The notes below the pieces were generated by a model. The model made no database searches and had not been told where the DNA came from. It saw only the letters and a list, made by a program, of their open reading frames with translations. 64,000 nucleotides of DNA from Camelus ferus (taxonomy: Eukaryota), in NCBI RefSeq assembly GCF_009834535.1, contig NC_045697.1, positions 51,338,001-51,402,000 on the forward strand. Reading direction: 5' to 3'. Below, piece after piece: positions 37,331 to 49,599 of this stretch. Numbering within the stretch: the first letter of the stretch is position 1; every line of letters begins with the position of its first letter. A program made the translations under genes and the position numbers.

Positions 37331-37658
37331 ATCTGCTTTTGAATATGCTTTGCTTTCTGCCCTGAAAAACCTGTTCTCGAACAAATGCAAGTGCTTAATA
37401 TGGGCCGCATACCATGCCTACCGCTATACGTGAATTTTCTCTTTTATTCCTCACAGCATCCCTTTGAAGTAAGTACCATATTAGGTACTTTCTTACACGC
37501 ATAGACTACTCTATTACATGTATCTCAAGTCTGTTTTTTAAAAAATCACACTTTAACTCATCATCAATGTATACTCCATTAGGATAATATTTATTAACTA
37601 GGAATTACCAGAAGGCCTTCGGGGAGGGTCATTAAAGTCCTCCATGATGTGAGTTTCA

Positions 37659-37662
<4 letters not shown>

Positions 37663-37692
<30 letters not shown>
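37663..37692. repeat. Poly-T tract (about 30 nt)
   Basis: Uninterrupted T run. Confidence 0.9.
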
Positions 37693-37693
<1 letters not shown>

Positions 37694-38774
37694 TCCCTAT
37701 TTTATAGAAGATGAAACTGAAACAAGAAAAATAACTTTCCCAAAGTTAAATAAATAGATTTCAAACTCGGGCAGTTTGACTCTAGAACCTGGACTCAACC
37801 ACCACTTGGTCTTTCCTGTGGGACCTGATTACCTTTATTTCTTTATTTTTTTTCCCATATCAAAATCAGTTTTATTCCATTAAAAAAATTGTGATCAAAT
37901 AATATAACCAAGGAAAAGAGCCTAGCTTCAAGTCTGCAGTGTAAAATCAAGGGGAAATGATCACATTTCTTTTTAATTGTCACATTTAGGACCTTTAAAG
38001 AGTTCACTGGTTTCCAGGGAGCACCAGTATGCTGTTTGTGCCAAAAATTTCATGAGCTGTCCTCAAACATCAAGTTCTGAGTTTGAGCAGCTGTTCAATT
38101 GTATGTGATACTGGTTCTCCAACAGCCTGATTACCTTCTGATGCCAAAGAAAAGTTTGGGAAAGATGTATGAATGGGAATGTTTTAAGAGGCTGCAGGAC
38201 TTGGTCTTTGACCTAAATAAATCAGTCTGGTAGTTAAAAAGAAGACTGAAGATAATGCTGAGACTGTTTGTCTCAGGAAAAGGCAAAGGTAATGCATTCC
38301 TGACTATACTAAAAAACTGGTTACTGGGAAAATTTGCAAGATACATGACTGTATGAGGGAAAATGAGGTCTAGGGAGGCTAGGTTTGCCATCATAAATGG
38401 CCGTGCCCCCTGTAGCCTCCCTGCAATATAGCAGCTTGTCAGAACTCTTGGTGAGGGAGAAGTATACTTAATTGCCAAAGAAGAGAGGTGAGATCTCTCT
38501 TGAGCCTCTGCCTGGGAGCTCTTCTCCGTTATTCATTTCTGTCATGAATACTCTCATTTGGTTTCTTTTGGTTTTTGGTCTTCCTTTCAGCTTTCTTACC
38601 TATCTATTAGATCTGTCACAGGTATCTAGTAGCCACTGAAGGTCTTGTTCTGTCCTGGTGTACTTTTGTTTACAGAGATTGCAATTTTCTTTTTTATTGC
38701 CTGCCTGTCTCTAGACTTGATGTCCTTGGAGAATGGAGAGATGCTAACATTCATGTCCTTTCTTCTCTCCACAG

Positions 38775-38948
38775 TCGATTGCTCTGTACTGGTTATGCTC
38801 CAGCTTCATGGGCCTTTCACAGAACTTGCTGCTGCGTTCCCCTCGATTTCGCCAACTTTGCCGAATACCGTTAACCAAGTCAGATTCACACACTCCTTAT
38901 AAGGACCTCTTTGCTGCCTTGCATGCCAAGTTCAGTTCAAGAAAATGA
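38775..38948 (+). CDS. COX18: COX18 exon 6 with stop codon
   Basis: ttctctccacag|TCG acceptor; SIALYWLCSSFMGLSQNLLLRSPRFRQLCRIPLTKSDSHTPYKDLFAALHAKFSSRK*; total CDS 1014 nt (337 aa), all phases consistent. Confidence 0.95.
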   Translation, partial: SIALYWLCSSFMGLSQNLLLRSPRFRQLCRIPLTKSDSHTPYKDLFAALHAKFSSRK

Positions 38949-39406
38949 CATACTTTCTAGTAATTTTGGAACAATGACAGTGTATTCATTCTTAATGTAT
39001 TTAGAACATCGAGAAATTCAGATATGATTTAATTTGCTTTTGTTTAAAATCATGAGCCCTGTGAAGTACTGTGGATTAAGATATATTTGGACACTTAAAA
39101 TCTTTTAAGTGCTAAAAATGTATGTTTAATTATATACTAAGAATATAAGAGGGGAATCAAAGTGTTGGGCCCTGTTTATAAAATTACAACTTATTAGAGG
39201 TGCCAGAACCTTGGAGAACAAGACTAGAAAAGTTTTACAAAATAAGAGCATCCAATGAGGTGATTCTTAAAATTTTGGAGGTGTGGAAGATCATATACCT
39301 GCTTGAGTATTTGATAAAGCCATGGTTTTCTCTTGAGAAAAGTCCTGGAACTCGCATCATGGAGACCTTTATTGACCCCCTGAAGGCCTTCTGGTAATTC
39401 CTAGTT

Positions 39407-39412
39407 AATAAA
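39407..39412 (+). terminator. Candidate COX18 polyadenylation signal
   Basis: First AATAAA I found after the COX18 stop; others near 39603, 40469, 40515 and 41055. Confidence 0.4.
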
Positions 39413-40576
39413 TACTATCTTAATGGAACATACGTTGATGATGAGTTAATGTGTGATTTTTTAAAAAATGGACTTGAGAAACGTGCAATAGAGTAGTCCA
39501 TGCGTATAAGAAAGTAATATGGTCAGTGGTATTGCTTCCCAACCCTGCTCTGAAAGAATGCAGAAAGTGTTCATTCCTTTTTCTATGATTTAAGAAGTCT
39601 GGAATAAAGATAGCACTAAGTATTGCTGGAGCCCAAAGTAGAAAATCTTAAGCTAATCATATGGAACATGAAGGAACCAGGTCTCTCTGATAATCCTTTA
39701 AGAAAGTGAAAAGCTGGTGCTAGGGTTAGGGTAATGCTAACTGGAAGACTTTTAAACCTGTACACCTTGGTATGATAATACATAATCTTAAGTTGGTCTG
39801 AGGATCTTATATATTACAAAATTCGTAAGTTCATAGCTTGGTAAAGGGAGCAAAATACATTTTAAAAGCTTGAAAGATCAGGATAGTACTTATAACAATT
39901 TAAAAATTAAACTTAAAAATAATTGCTAAATACATGAAAGTACATTAGTTTCACTATTACCAGAAATTAAATAGGTGGAGAATCAGTCAGCTTATTCAGT
40001 TACAGAGCGTGCATGTGAACCTTGTGCTTATACTGTGTATTCAGTCATTGGAGAATGTAGTAGATCACATAAACGTGAAGTAAGATTGTGCAGAATTCTG
40101 GAGACAGAACTATTTGAGCCTTTTTCATCATCTCTAAGTACAGTAGACCCTTCTCTCTCCTAGCCCCAGAAGGCCACAGCCTTTAAGAGCTTCGAACTGT
40201 CAGCTGCTGGAATCCCAACAAACAAACAACTGAACCAAACTTCATTAGGTAAGGACTAACACAGCTACAGAGAGGGAGCAGTTAATTCTATGGCTCTTGA
40301 AAGTACTACCTTGACTGCAGTCATTTGTGGAATACAGTCTAAAAGCAAAAAGGACTATTAGAAATCTTAGAACTTTATTTGGTAATTGTATTGCTGCTCT
40401 ATACCTCTTACTGTGAAGTAAAATGTATAGTGATGTTTACTGGTATGTTAGTTTTCCGTGGTTGCTGTAATAAATTCTTCATGCTGCTTATGCACCAAGA
40501 GGAAGATACTACTGAATAAATTAGTTGGAGATATTATGAGATATATCTCTTTCAAATTTTTCCTTTAAAGCATAGG

Positions 40577-41109
40577 TTTAGGGGTTGCCCCTGAGAAAAA
40601 AATTTGTCCCGAAGAAGAGGGTCTTCCCCACAATTCTCTACCCCTACATCAGAAAGCCTGACCTCCATGTGTGTTTCACCTAAGACCTTCCACAATCTTG
40701 ATTAAGAATTGATGAAAGTAAATTCATAATTATGACAAGATGAGGAAGATTTAAACATACAAGTTGTTTTTGCTCCTTTGGGCCTCACCTCCTTAGGAGA
40801 TAACATTCCTTAATCTCATCAAGGAACACAACTCTTTAGCGGGTAGCCTTCCTCCTTAATCTTGTGAAGGGACAGGATAACCCATGACTCACTTGGTACC
40901 TATACGTCTGAATTGTGTAAACTATCAGTAATAAGTCATTTGACATAACCCTTTGTCTCAAAAACATATAACTGCTTTGACCTCTAATGGCAGGATAGTA
41001 ATCAAGAGCTTTCGGAAAGACTGTCTCCCAGATTATAATTATCAGGTTGACTTGAATAAAATTTTCCATTTTTCTCTTAGATAGACCATTGATTAATTTT
41101 TTGTCAACA
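40577..41109 (+). mobile_element. Solo ERV1-type LTR
   Basis: Ends ...AATAAA (41055)...TTTTGTCAACA; TATA-like catataa near 40965; possible 4-bp TSD TAGG/TAGC; 5' boundary approximate. Confidence 0.65.
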
Positions 41110-42253
41110 TAGCTGTATACAAAAACATTTTGATCCTGGTTGATTCCCATCCATAGAAATGATAAGGCCTGCAGATACCACAAGAAAAGGAAAAACAACA
41201 ACAATAACAAAAAACCAAGAAAGCACTTTCACACAGAAACCTCTCCTAGTTCTTAGAACAGGAACTTTTTGCTTTGCTGTAACTTGAACACGAGGGAGAT
41301 GCTGATATAACTGTCCCAAAGGAATAGGTAACAAGCCCTGTTGCCTTGTATTCTACCACCGACTGTCTTCTTGACTGCCAAGTTTTTAGGTAAAATTTTC
41401 TAAGATAGCCTTACCTTTAATTGCGTAGGCCTGTGCTGCTGATTTTGTACTATAAAATACTTTCGGGTGTTTGGGAACAAAAGCATGGTTGAAAGTCCTT
41501 AAAGTGCTTCAAGAAAGCAGCCACTCTTATTCATTTATTCTATCTAAGGCAACAAAAAAGAAAATGCTATCCTTGAAGGTCTCTGCTAGACTCCAGAGGG
41601 CCAAGAATTTCATGAAAAAGAAGCCTCTAGGGAAAATGCCTAATTTCTGTCTTTTCCATTTTGAGAAAATTTCACGAGGAATGCTTCCCTTCCTTTGGAT
41701 CCCTGATAAGCCAGTTACATTTATTTGTCCTTCGTTGATAAAGCAGCATTATATTTAATTTAGCTTTGGTTTTTGTCTTATGGCTAAATTGTAGCTCTTC
41801 AGGGAAACTTAAAACTGAAATATGAAACATATCTAACGGTATCCATTTCATTTAGCTGCATTTCTGTGTGTTCCAAGGGTAGTACAACTAATAATTTGAG
41901 GACTTTCTTCTAATTATAACCTCAAGCCTCCTGTATCCTCTGTGAGTGATGGATGCTTCTGAGGGTAAGGAGTATTAAAAATATGAATTCTATATTTATG
42001 AGAGAGTTAACAGCTTATTCCATACTATTCAAAATGTATCGTGTCTTTTTGTGAAGTTTTATTACAGAATCTTCGGTTTTGCTTATATAAGTTTTCAAAT
42101 ACAAATGTTTCATTTTGGGATCCAAATAAAAACTGCAAATTTACATTCAAAATTACTGTTAGAACCAAGTAGAGATTTTAAAATGAGATATCTTCTCCCT
42201 CATCTTTAACTCGCACCTATGTATGTGATAAGGTCTTATTTCACTTTAAAATA

Positions 42254-43065
42254 CAGCTGGTCCTCATTATGCGTAGTTTAATATTTATGAAGTCACCTAC
42301 TCACTAAAATTTATTTGTAAGATGCTCACAATGCTTTTGCAGTTATTAGCAGACTTGTGCCTTCAAACTCAGAGCAGAAAAAAGTTTGAGCCCACCCAGT
42401 GTACACATTCCCAGCAGGGATCAAACAAAGTGACGCTGCCTTTTTGTTTCAGCTCTCATACTGTAAGGACACTGTGTTTATGTGTCCTTCTTGTGGTCTG
42501 TTTAGTGCCATGTTTTTCTCATTTTTATAGTTTTTTAAGATGGCCTCTGAGCACTAAGTGGAAGAAGTCTGTGATGTCCTCACAGAGGAAGTATGTGTGT
42601 GAGGTAAGCTTCATGCAAGTGTGAACTACAGTGCTGTTGGCCAGGGGTTCAATGTTAATGAATCAAAATACATACTAAATAAGATGTCTTTAAACACAAA
42701 CATATAGGACGTGGTTATGTCTCTCTCTTTTTTTTTTTTCAATAATTAAACTGTATTATGTCTGCCTCTTTATTTTTTTTAATTTTTTTTTTTTGGTTGT
42801 TTTTGAGGGGGCAATAATTAGGTTTTTATTTACTTTCAATGGAGGTACTGGGGATTGAACCCAGGACCTCATGCATGCTAAGCATGCACTCTACCACTGA
42901 GCTATACCCTCCCCACCAACATGGTTACATCTTGATTGGTTACTGAAATTGGTATTGTGACCAAAGGCTTGTAGGAACCTAACTCTGAATTTCCTCTAGG
43001 AGTGATGGGTCGGTGTTCCCAGTGGCTTTATAGAGCAAACCTACCATGAATAATGAGAACCAATG
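42254..43065 (-). mobile_element. MER82-like Tigger (TcMar) DNA transposon interrupted by a SINE
   Basis: Left end TA-CAGCTGGTCCTCATTAT; right end ATAATGAGAACCAATG (inverted); internal gtgaccaaaggcttgtaggaacctaactctgaatttcctctaggag matches reversed MER82. Confidence 0.7.
42722..42915 (-). mobile_element. tRNA-derived SINE (Vic-1-like)
   Basis: ggaggtactggggattgaacccaggacctcatgcatgctaagcatgcactctaccactgagctataccctcccc preceded by a T-rich tail. Confidence 0.9.
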
Positions 43066-43109
43066 TGCTTCAGCCTGTGCCACACGGGTTTTTATGCATA
43101 TGATGGTTT

Positions 43110-43905
43110 AAATCTGGGTCCTCAATTTGAGCCACAGATACAGTTCACTTACCCTTTTTTGTACAGCTTGAAAGCCAAGGATAGTTTTTACCTTCTTAAA
43201 TGATTGGAAAAAATAAAAACTATAACATTTTTTGACACATATCAATTATATGAAGTTCACATTTCGGCATCCATAAATAACAGTTTATTGGAACACAGCC
43301 ATGTTTGTTTACATCTTGTGTATGACATTCATGCTTCAACTGCAGAGCTGCGTGGTTGTGACAGAGCTCTTCTGTTAAAGTGCTCACACTGCTCAGCACA
43401 GTACACATCTCAGTGGTGCAGTTATAACTTGATAGTGTTTCAAGTGCCATGTGTACTGTCCTTTGGCCACATTTTATTTATTTTTTATTACTAGTTCATA
43501 TCCAGTCAAAATAAGAAAAGTGAATTTCAGATGTCACGCTTTTAAGGCACAGTAAAGCGTGGGTTTTGTTACTGAATTAGATGGCAAAACATTGTATATA
43601 TTATGCAATGACATTATCACTGCGCTAAAAGAATACAACCTATGTCGGCATTACCAGATATCACAATATTCCCAAGTCACAGGAAAGCAATGGTCAGAAA
43701 AATTAGAAAATTTAAAGTGAGGTGGGGAGGATACAGCTCAAGTAGCAGAGTGCATGCTTAGCATGCATGAGGTCCTGGGTTCAATCCCCAGTACCTCCTC
43801 TAAAAATAAATAAATGAATAAACCTAATTACCTCCCCCCTCAAAAAAAAAAAGCAATTAAAAAAAAAGAAAGTTTAAAGTGGAATATCTCATCACAGCAA
43901 AATGG
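43110..43905 (+). mobile_element. hAT-Charlie (Cheshire/MER58-family) remnant with fossil transposase N-terminus
   Basis: MER58-like 5' part, then from 43511 IRKVNFRCHAFKAQ*SVGFVTELDGKTLYILCNDIITALKEYNLCRHYQ...LENLK[SINE]WNISSQQN. Confidence 0.7.
43720..43866 (+). mobile_element. tRNA-derived SINE (Vic-1-like) with 15-bp TSD (1 mismatch)
   Basis: GGGGAGGATACAGCTCAAGTAGCAGAG...CCCCAGTACCTCC; TSD AGAAAATTTAAAGTG 43705-43719 and AGAAAGTTTAAAGTG 43867-43881. Confidence 0.9.
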
Positions 43906-43929
43906 GTTTGAAAAAAGAAAAATTACAGC

Positions 43930-45374
43930 TGAAGAAAAATTCTGTTTCCTCTCTACACTATCCACAGAATCCTGCTGGCCACCAAATGTGTGTGTGTTTT
44001 TCCCCATACCAAGCAGTTCTCCAATTTTCTGTGGGCACCAAACGAGTGTCCTACAATTCAGTTCAGTTCTGACACTACCTGAGGTTACCTGAAAACTGGA
44101 TTTGCCCCTTGGTGAGTGTCCAGACATAAGACATATGCCAAACATCAGGAGAAGGAAGGATTTATTACTGGCAGTGAGTAAGGAGAACACTGGGGATTTT
44201 CCCAAAGCAGTGTCTCCCTGAACTGCAAAATTGGGAAATTTTAAGCTAGGGGTACGTGCATATTCACACAGGGGGTTGGGCAAAGGAGAATTCAGCATAG
44301 AATTGGGGCAGATGTTGGTAGAGTCTAAGCTTTAGTTGATTGAAGTCACAAGGGTCAGAAAAGGTCAACATCATTATTTCTTAGGTTCTGATCTATTTGT
44401 GGTCTCAGCATAGTTACCATCCTCCACCTGGATGGGGGCCTTAGTTCCTGCAGAACTCAGAGATACGTGTCACATTGTTAATGTATATCCTTTGAAGAGG
44501 AACTAGGACTCAGTTTTATTGCTGAACTATTGTTTCTTGACTGCTTTTTCCTTTGTTCCTGCATTCTCTCCCTTCCATTAAAATCATTAATTAATGAGAC
44601 CTGTTCAAGAGCAAGCATTGTAGCCTGGCTTAGATCACAAAATGGCTTAGGCCAAAAATGGCTTTTCTTATGTTAAGAAAGTGATGCCTGGTTCACCCCC
44701 TACCCTGTCTGCTCACAGAGTCAGTGCAGATCACACAGGACTTAGCCTCACAAGACTGCCCTTTCCCTCCACTTCAGATACCAGTCTCATGTATTAACCC
44801 ACAACTTCTGCTGTACTTGGTTGCTAATGGAGGGTTCCCATAGCTCCCTCCTTAAGTTCAATAATTTGCTAGAACAGCTCACAAAACTCAAAAGCATTTT
44901 ACTATTATCCATTTATTATAAAAGATGCAACTCAGCCAAATAGAAGGAATTCATGGGTCAGTGGGCAGGGTGGGCAGGGTACACAGAGCTCTCATGCTGT
45001 TTGGAGGCTTCCTTATGTAGGCACAACTGATGACATTACTGGTTGTTGGTGATTGAATTCAGTCTTCAGCCCCTCTCCCCTCCTGAGAGGTCAAGGGGTG
45101 GGACTGAAAGTTTCAACCCTCTAATCTTGTGGTTGGTTCCCCTGGTATCCAGCCTCCATCCTGTGATTATCCAGGAGGGGCTTTCAGGTGTGGTTGAAAG
45201 GGCCTTGTTATGAATAACAGAATTCATACAGCTCCTTTAGGAACTGTTTCAGGAGCACAAAACACCAAATAGTATAAGAAAAATCCATCCATCGCTCTTT
45301 TAGGAAATTACAAGTATTTTAGGAGCAATGGATGGAGACCAAATACATATTTCTTATTACATTACAGTGTCACG
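43930..45374 (-). mobile_element. MER21-like LTR split by a younger LTR
   Basis: caccaaatgtgtg...tgtcctacaattcagttcagttctgacactacc resumes as gagtcagtgcagatc...cacaagactgcc...acttcagat; ends accaaatacatatttcttattac...gtcacg. Confidence 0.75.
44084..44717 (-). mobile_element. Solo ERV1-type LTR nested in MER21
   Basis: Reverse strand starts TGTGAGCAGAC, has AATAAA (tttatt at 44161-44166) and ends ...GGTAAC; GAG on both flanks. Confidence 0.7.
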
Positions 45375-45787
45375 AGGTTTTATTTGTTGAAATTAGTAAC
45401 TTTAATCACCACAGTAAATATTTGAAATGGGTTCTCATTAGTCAAATTAGCACTTGGGTTAGTTGGGGTAGTTTAGAGACATGCCTACATTTGAATGAAT
45501 AAGAGAGAAGAATCGGATGAATTCTGTAGCCTGCATCCTCGGGATGGCTGGTCCTAAGGCTTAATCTGTGAACAGTTCTGATTCCTTCCTAGGGTAACAG
45601 AACCCTGCCTGTAAGATTTCATGTCAGATGTCATAAGTTCACCTAAATAAAGTACAGGGGCTGGGATTTCATTGAGTTACGAGCACAGAGCTGAACTGTG
45701 TGTGTCTACTTGCTAATACTTTTTTTGTTTAATAAGTGTATATGTGGCAGAGTTTAGTATTCCACACAGATGTGTGTCATATGTAGG

Positions 45788-46238
45788 GGTTGACTGAAAT
45801 AAATGCGCAGCCTAAAAGTTGAGAATTATGTTTTATTTGGTGGGAGGACAGCCTCTCAGATGGCTCCGAAGAGGTAGGGGAGGAGCTAGGATATATAGGA
45901 GCTTTACAACAAAGACCAGGTAGTTGGAACAATAAAAGATTACTTGTTATCTAAAGAAAGCCAGGAATCTCAAGTTAAAGAATTGAATGCTTTTCTACGT
46001 ATGGAAGGAAGCAAACATTTGGGCTCATTGAATTCATTCCTTTGACAAGCACCTAGCTATCTAGGGCCAGTGTCCTGTCCTTTCTTATTCTGAGTCCCTT
46101 CAGAGTGCATCATTGTGAGTGGCTGCAGAGGCTGGGCTGCAGGCTTGTCTTCACTGGGGGGTGGTGGCAGCCACTGATGACTTGATGGCTTCAGCATTCT
46201 TTGTTTACTGATAAGGTTTGCAGTATTTTTTGTTCACA
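45788..46238 (-). mobile_element. Solo ERV1-type LTR with 4-bp TSD
   Basis: Reverse strand TGTGAAC...AATAAAACATAATTCTCAAC...TCAGTCAAC; TAGG at 45784-45787 and 46239-46242; reverse TATATA near 45892. Confidence 0.8.
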
Positions 46239-46449
46239 TAGGTCAAATGTCAGTACAGTGACACTGAGTAGTCAGTCCACTAACACACAATGCTTGCCTG
46301 CAGGCTTCTTCCTCCAGTGGCTCCACTCCTCTTCCAGTACCCAAGGCTGCAGGGATCATCAGAGGAGAGTGAAAACAAGGTGGTGGTTACCTAGTGAAAG
46401 GGTAACCTCAAGTCAGAATATTGAGAGGAATTGGAAATAGAAGTCCTTA

Positions 46450-46471
46450 AACACACACACACACACACACA
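46450..46471. repeat. (CA)n microsatellite
   Basis: About 10 CA units. Confidence 0.9.
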
Positions 46472-49400
46472 AAACTCAGCCCACTTGTAACTCCCAGGTA
46501 TAGCATCTCTAGTTCTCCAGGGTGGGTGGGACAGGGCCAGTGTTTGAGCACATCTTCCCAGGGACTGTGCTTGCCTTTGGCTGAGAGGGCACGTGCCCCG
46601 CGTACTTAACAGGGATCAGTAGGTACAGTACGGTTGATGACTACCATGGGAAGATTTAAAATTTGCCTCTTTGAGATGGTGTGCCACTTTGAAGTCTCTT
46701 CTCTCATTCTTCTAAAGACTCATCAAATATAGTGAGATTGTCCAGGTACGCCATTAAGTCCAAGGACTTTACATTCCCAGGCCCTTTCTCTAGACCAGCT
46801 GCTAAGAGAGAGTTGGGGGTCCCAGAGACCTGGTATTTTGTTCCCCAAAACAGGATTAACTTTTTTTATCTGAGCTAGAACTTACCTATGTTTTATCTTA
46901 ATTTTCTTTGCTTCCCATAAGACTACTATTTACTTGTCTACAAAGTCTTTTCCTTTTTTTTTTTTTAATTTCCAGATATATTCAGATACTATGTGCAGAG
47001 TGGCCTCTGTCTGAGGCAGAGGTCTTCAAGAAAAAAAAGTGTTCTAAGACGGAGGAATAGCTTGTGCAGTTACTAGCTATGGTTTGGGCAAGTTGGATTT
47101 TATCAAGAAGAGTGGAGAACAGTGAGGGGCTGAGGTCATGTGTAGGAGAGAGAAGAAAGAAACAGTTGCAGGACCCAGTGGAAGGTTCTCAGTCCTTTCA
47201 GGGTCTCATATACTGTTGTTTTTTTTTTTTTTTCTCTTACACTATTTTTACTATATATCAAAAGACAAGCATGTTTTGCAGACAAAATCCAGACACTCTG
47301 ACAGTACTTCACTAATATGGTGCTTTAAGTCAGTAATTTTCTCTAATGAAAGCTTTTTTCTAGGATACCCCCTAAAAGGTAGAGGGCTTCATATTGCCAG
47401 TGTTATTCCTCTTTAGTATATTTTATATCCCATTCAGTGGTGGAGAATATCTAAACCCTGATTTATGGGTTGCTCTTTTTTTCATTACATAGTTTAATTA
47501 TGGCCTCTTTTGATCATAGTAGGTGGTACTGTAATTCAATCTGATGTTATCAAAAAGAGAATATATTTATTTATATAACCACGAAGTCTGTAGGTAATGT
47601 TGGTTTTAGGCATAGGTGGTCCTAGAAGCCTAAACAGTATCTTCTGTTTCTTTCAACTTCGCTTTCCTTTGGGTTGGCCTGATTCTTGAAGCTCAAGTGG
47701 CAGCTATGGCCACTGGTAGCTCTAGGCTCACAATACTGCTTCAGTTAGTGCTTCCTATACTTCTAGAAAATGTTCTAGGCAAGACCTTGATTGACTTGTG
47801 TGGGTGTAGTATACGGTTTGGCCAGATATGGGTTATGTTTACCACTCCCAGAACCAGAGTTGGGGTAACTCCAACCTAAACCATGTGAATGGCATGTTGG
47901 GAAGGAATGGATTTTCAGAGGACACAGGACTTCTCCATCCAGCTCCTTAGCTGCTCAGCAGCATATGTATATATAATTTAGTATATAATATATTATAATT
48001 AATTTTATTTAATATGTAATTATATAGAATTAATACAATACTAATTTTAATGTAATCCAAGCATTACATTTAAATTATATCGATAGATATATTATTGATG
48101 TAAATATATAACTTAAAACATAATGTAACTATTTCTCCTTAACAGAATACAGCTCAAATTCCAAATTCCAAGTTCTCTGCATTTGCTTTTAGATCCAGGG
48201 ACTTGGAGTGATTTGTATCCCTCTGAGTTAGGTTCATGGTAAGAAATGTAAGTATCTAGTAATAAATAGTGGAAGAGGGAGAAAGGAGAATCACAATAAA
48301 AGTTCCCCACTTGGGACAAGGAAGAAGGGAAAGCACTCTGTGGTTGCAGGTTCATAGCACACGCATATCCTGGGGCTCCCTGGCTGGGAAGTAATGCAGT
48401 TTCAGTTTGTTGGGTCCGTGGCCACATTTGAGGTGAACACTGAGAGCATTTTCCTTCCGGGGCTGCACTGACTCCCTGTTGGTACTGCTTTTCCTGCCTG
48501 GGAGGTACCTCAGAAGTGAAGTTATCAAGTTATCAGGCTCCCATCTCTCTCCTCCCATTTGTGGCCATTTTGTTTTTAAGTTGAGTGTACTACCTGTCTT
48601 CTCTCCTTCATTCTTCACTCCCTCCCACTCACCATCACTTTGACCTTTTGCACTGTGCTCTAGTTCAGTAACTAGTTCTTCATCTGTGTCTGTTCTTCAG
48701 TTGTGTCTACTCAGTGTATCTCCTTAGTTTCATTGCAGTTGCAGTATTCTCATTCTAGTCAATTCTTTTTTCACAAAAGCCTATGTTTGCTACATGAATC
48801 TGGTGTCTTTCTGTTTAAAGCTTCTGAAGATATCAATTATAATCCTCTTAAAACAACTTTCAGTTTGTTGTCTTTATTTTATTTCCTTAGGAGGTGGTTC
48901 TGCATATTTAGATCAGTACTTCTATTTCAGGGTGTGATTTTGCTTAACTGCTGGGTCATTCTTGGTTGTGTTTTTGTCTTTGACTTAACTTTCTCTGCTA
49001 GCATCTGTTATTGTAGCCACCTCCAGTAATTGTGAGGAAAGGATGGACTGCAAGGCAGAGGGTGACAGTGACAGGTCTTCTGTGGGGAGTGCTCCTTGTT
49101 CCTCTTGAGTGTAGCTGGCCACTCAGGACACTGTTTTGCCTCCCTAACCCAAGGACTTACCGTCATTTTCCTTATGGGTGATAGATGACTCTGCTGGCTG
49201 TTGTTTGGCATAAGCCCGACCAAGTGGTTGAGTGGCTCTAAAAACAACCTAGAAGGGGTTGCCTTCTCCTGTCTATCTTCATAATCACCAAATCCCCAAG
49301 CTTCGAACTTCGAACTGAAGCCTCAGAACTACTCCCACTTTTCATATAACTCCTTCCCCGAGTATGTTTTCCTCATCATTTCTAGCCCATTGATGATTCT

Positions 49401-49599
49401 CTTCCTAGTTTTTCATGGCTGCTATAGATTTTTTTTAAATATCTCTCTCTCTCTTTTTTTTTTTTTTTTTTTTTTTTTTTGTAATTTCCAGAGCTGTGAG
49501 AAGAGGAGTCAGTCAGGCATCCCCAGTCTGCTACCTGGAGTCCTTCTTCTCTTCAGACACTGTGCCACTGCAGTGACCCTGCAGTAAACACAGCCATCT

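Noticed and set aside
43840..44298. 152-aa minus-strand ORF
   Set aside because: Crosses LTR, MER21 and SINE-tail boundaries; chance ORF.
47960..48125. Extremely AT-rich stretch as a regulatory element
   Set aside because: Low-complexity TA-rich sequence with no specific structure.
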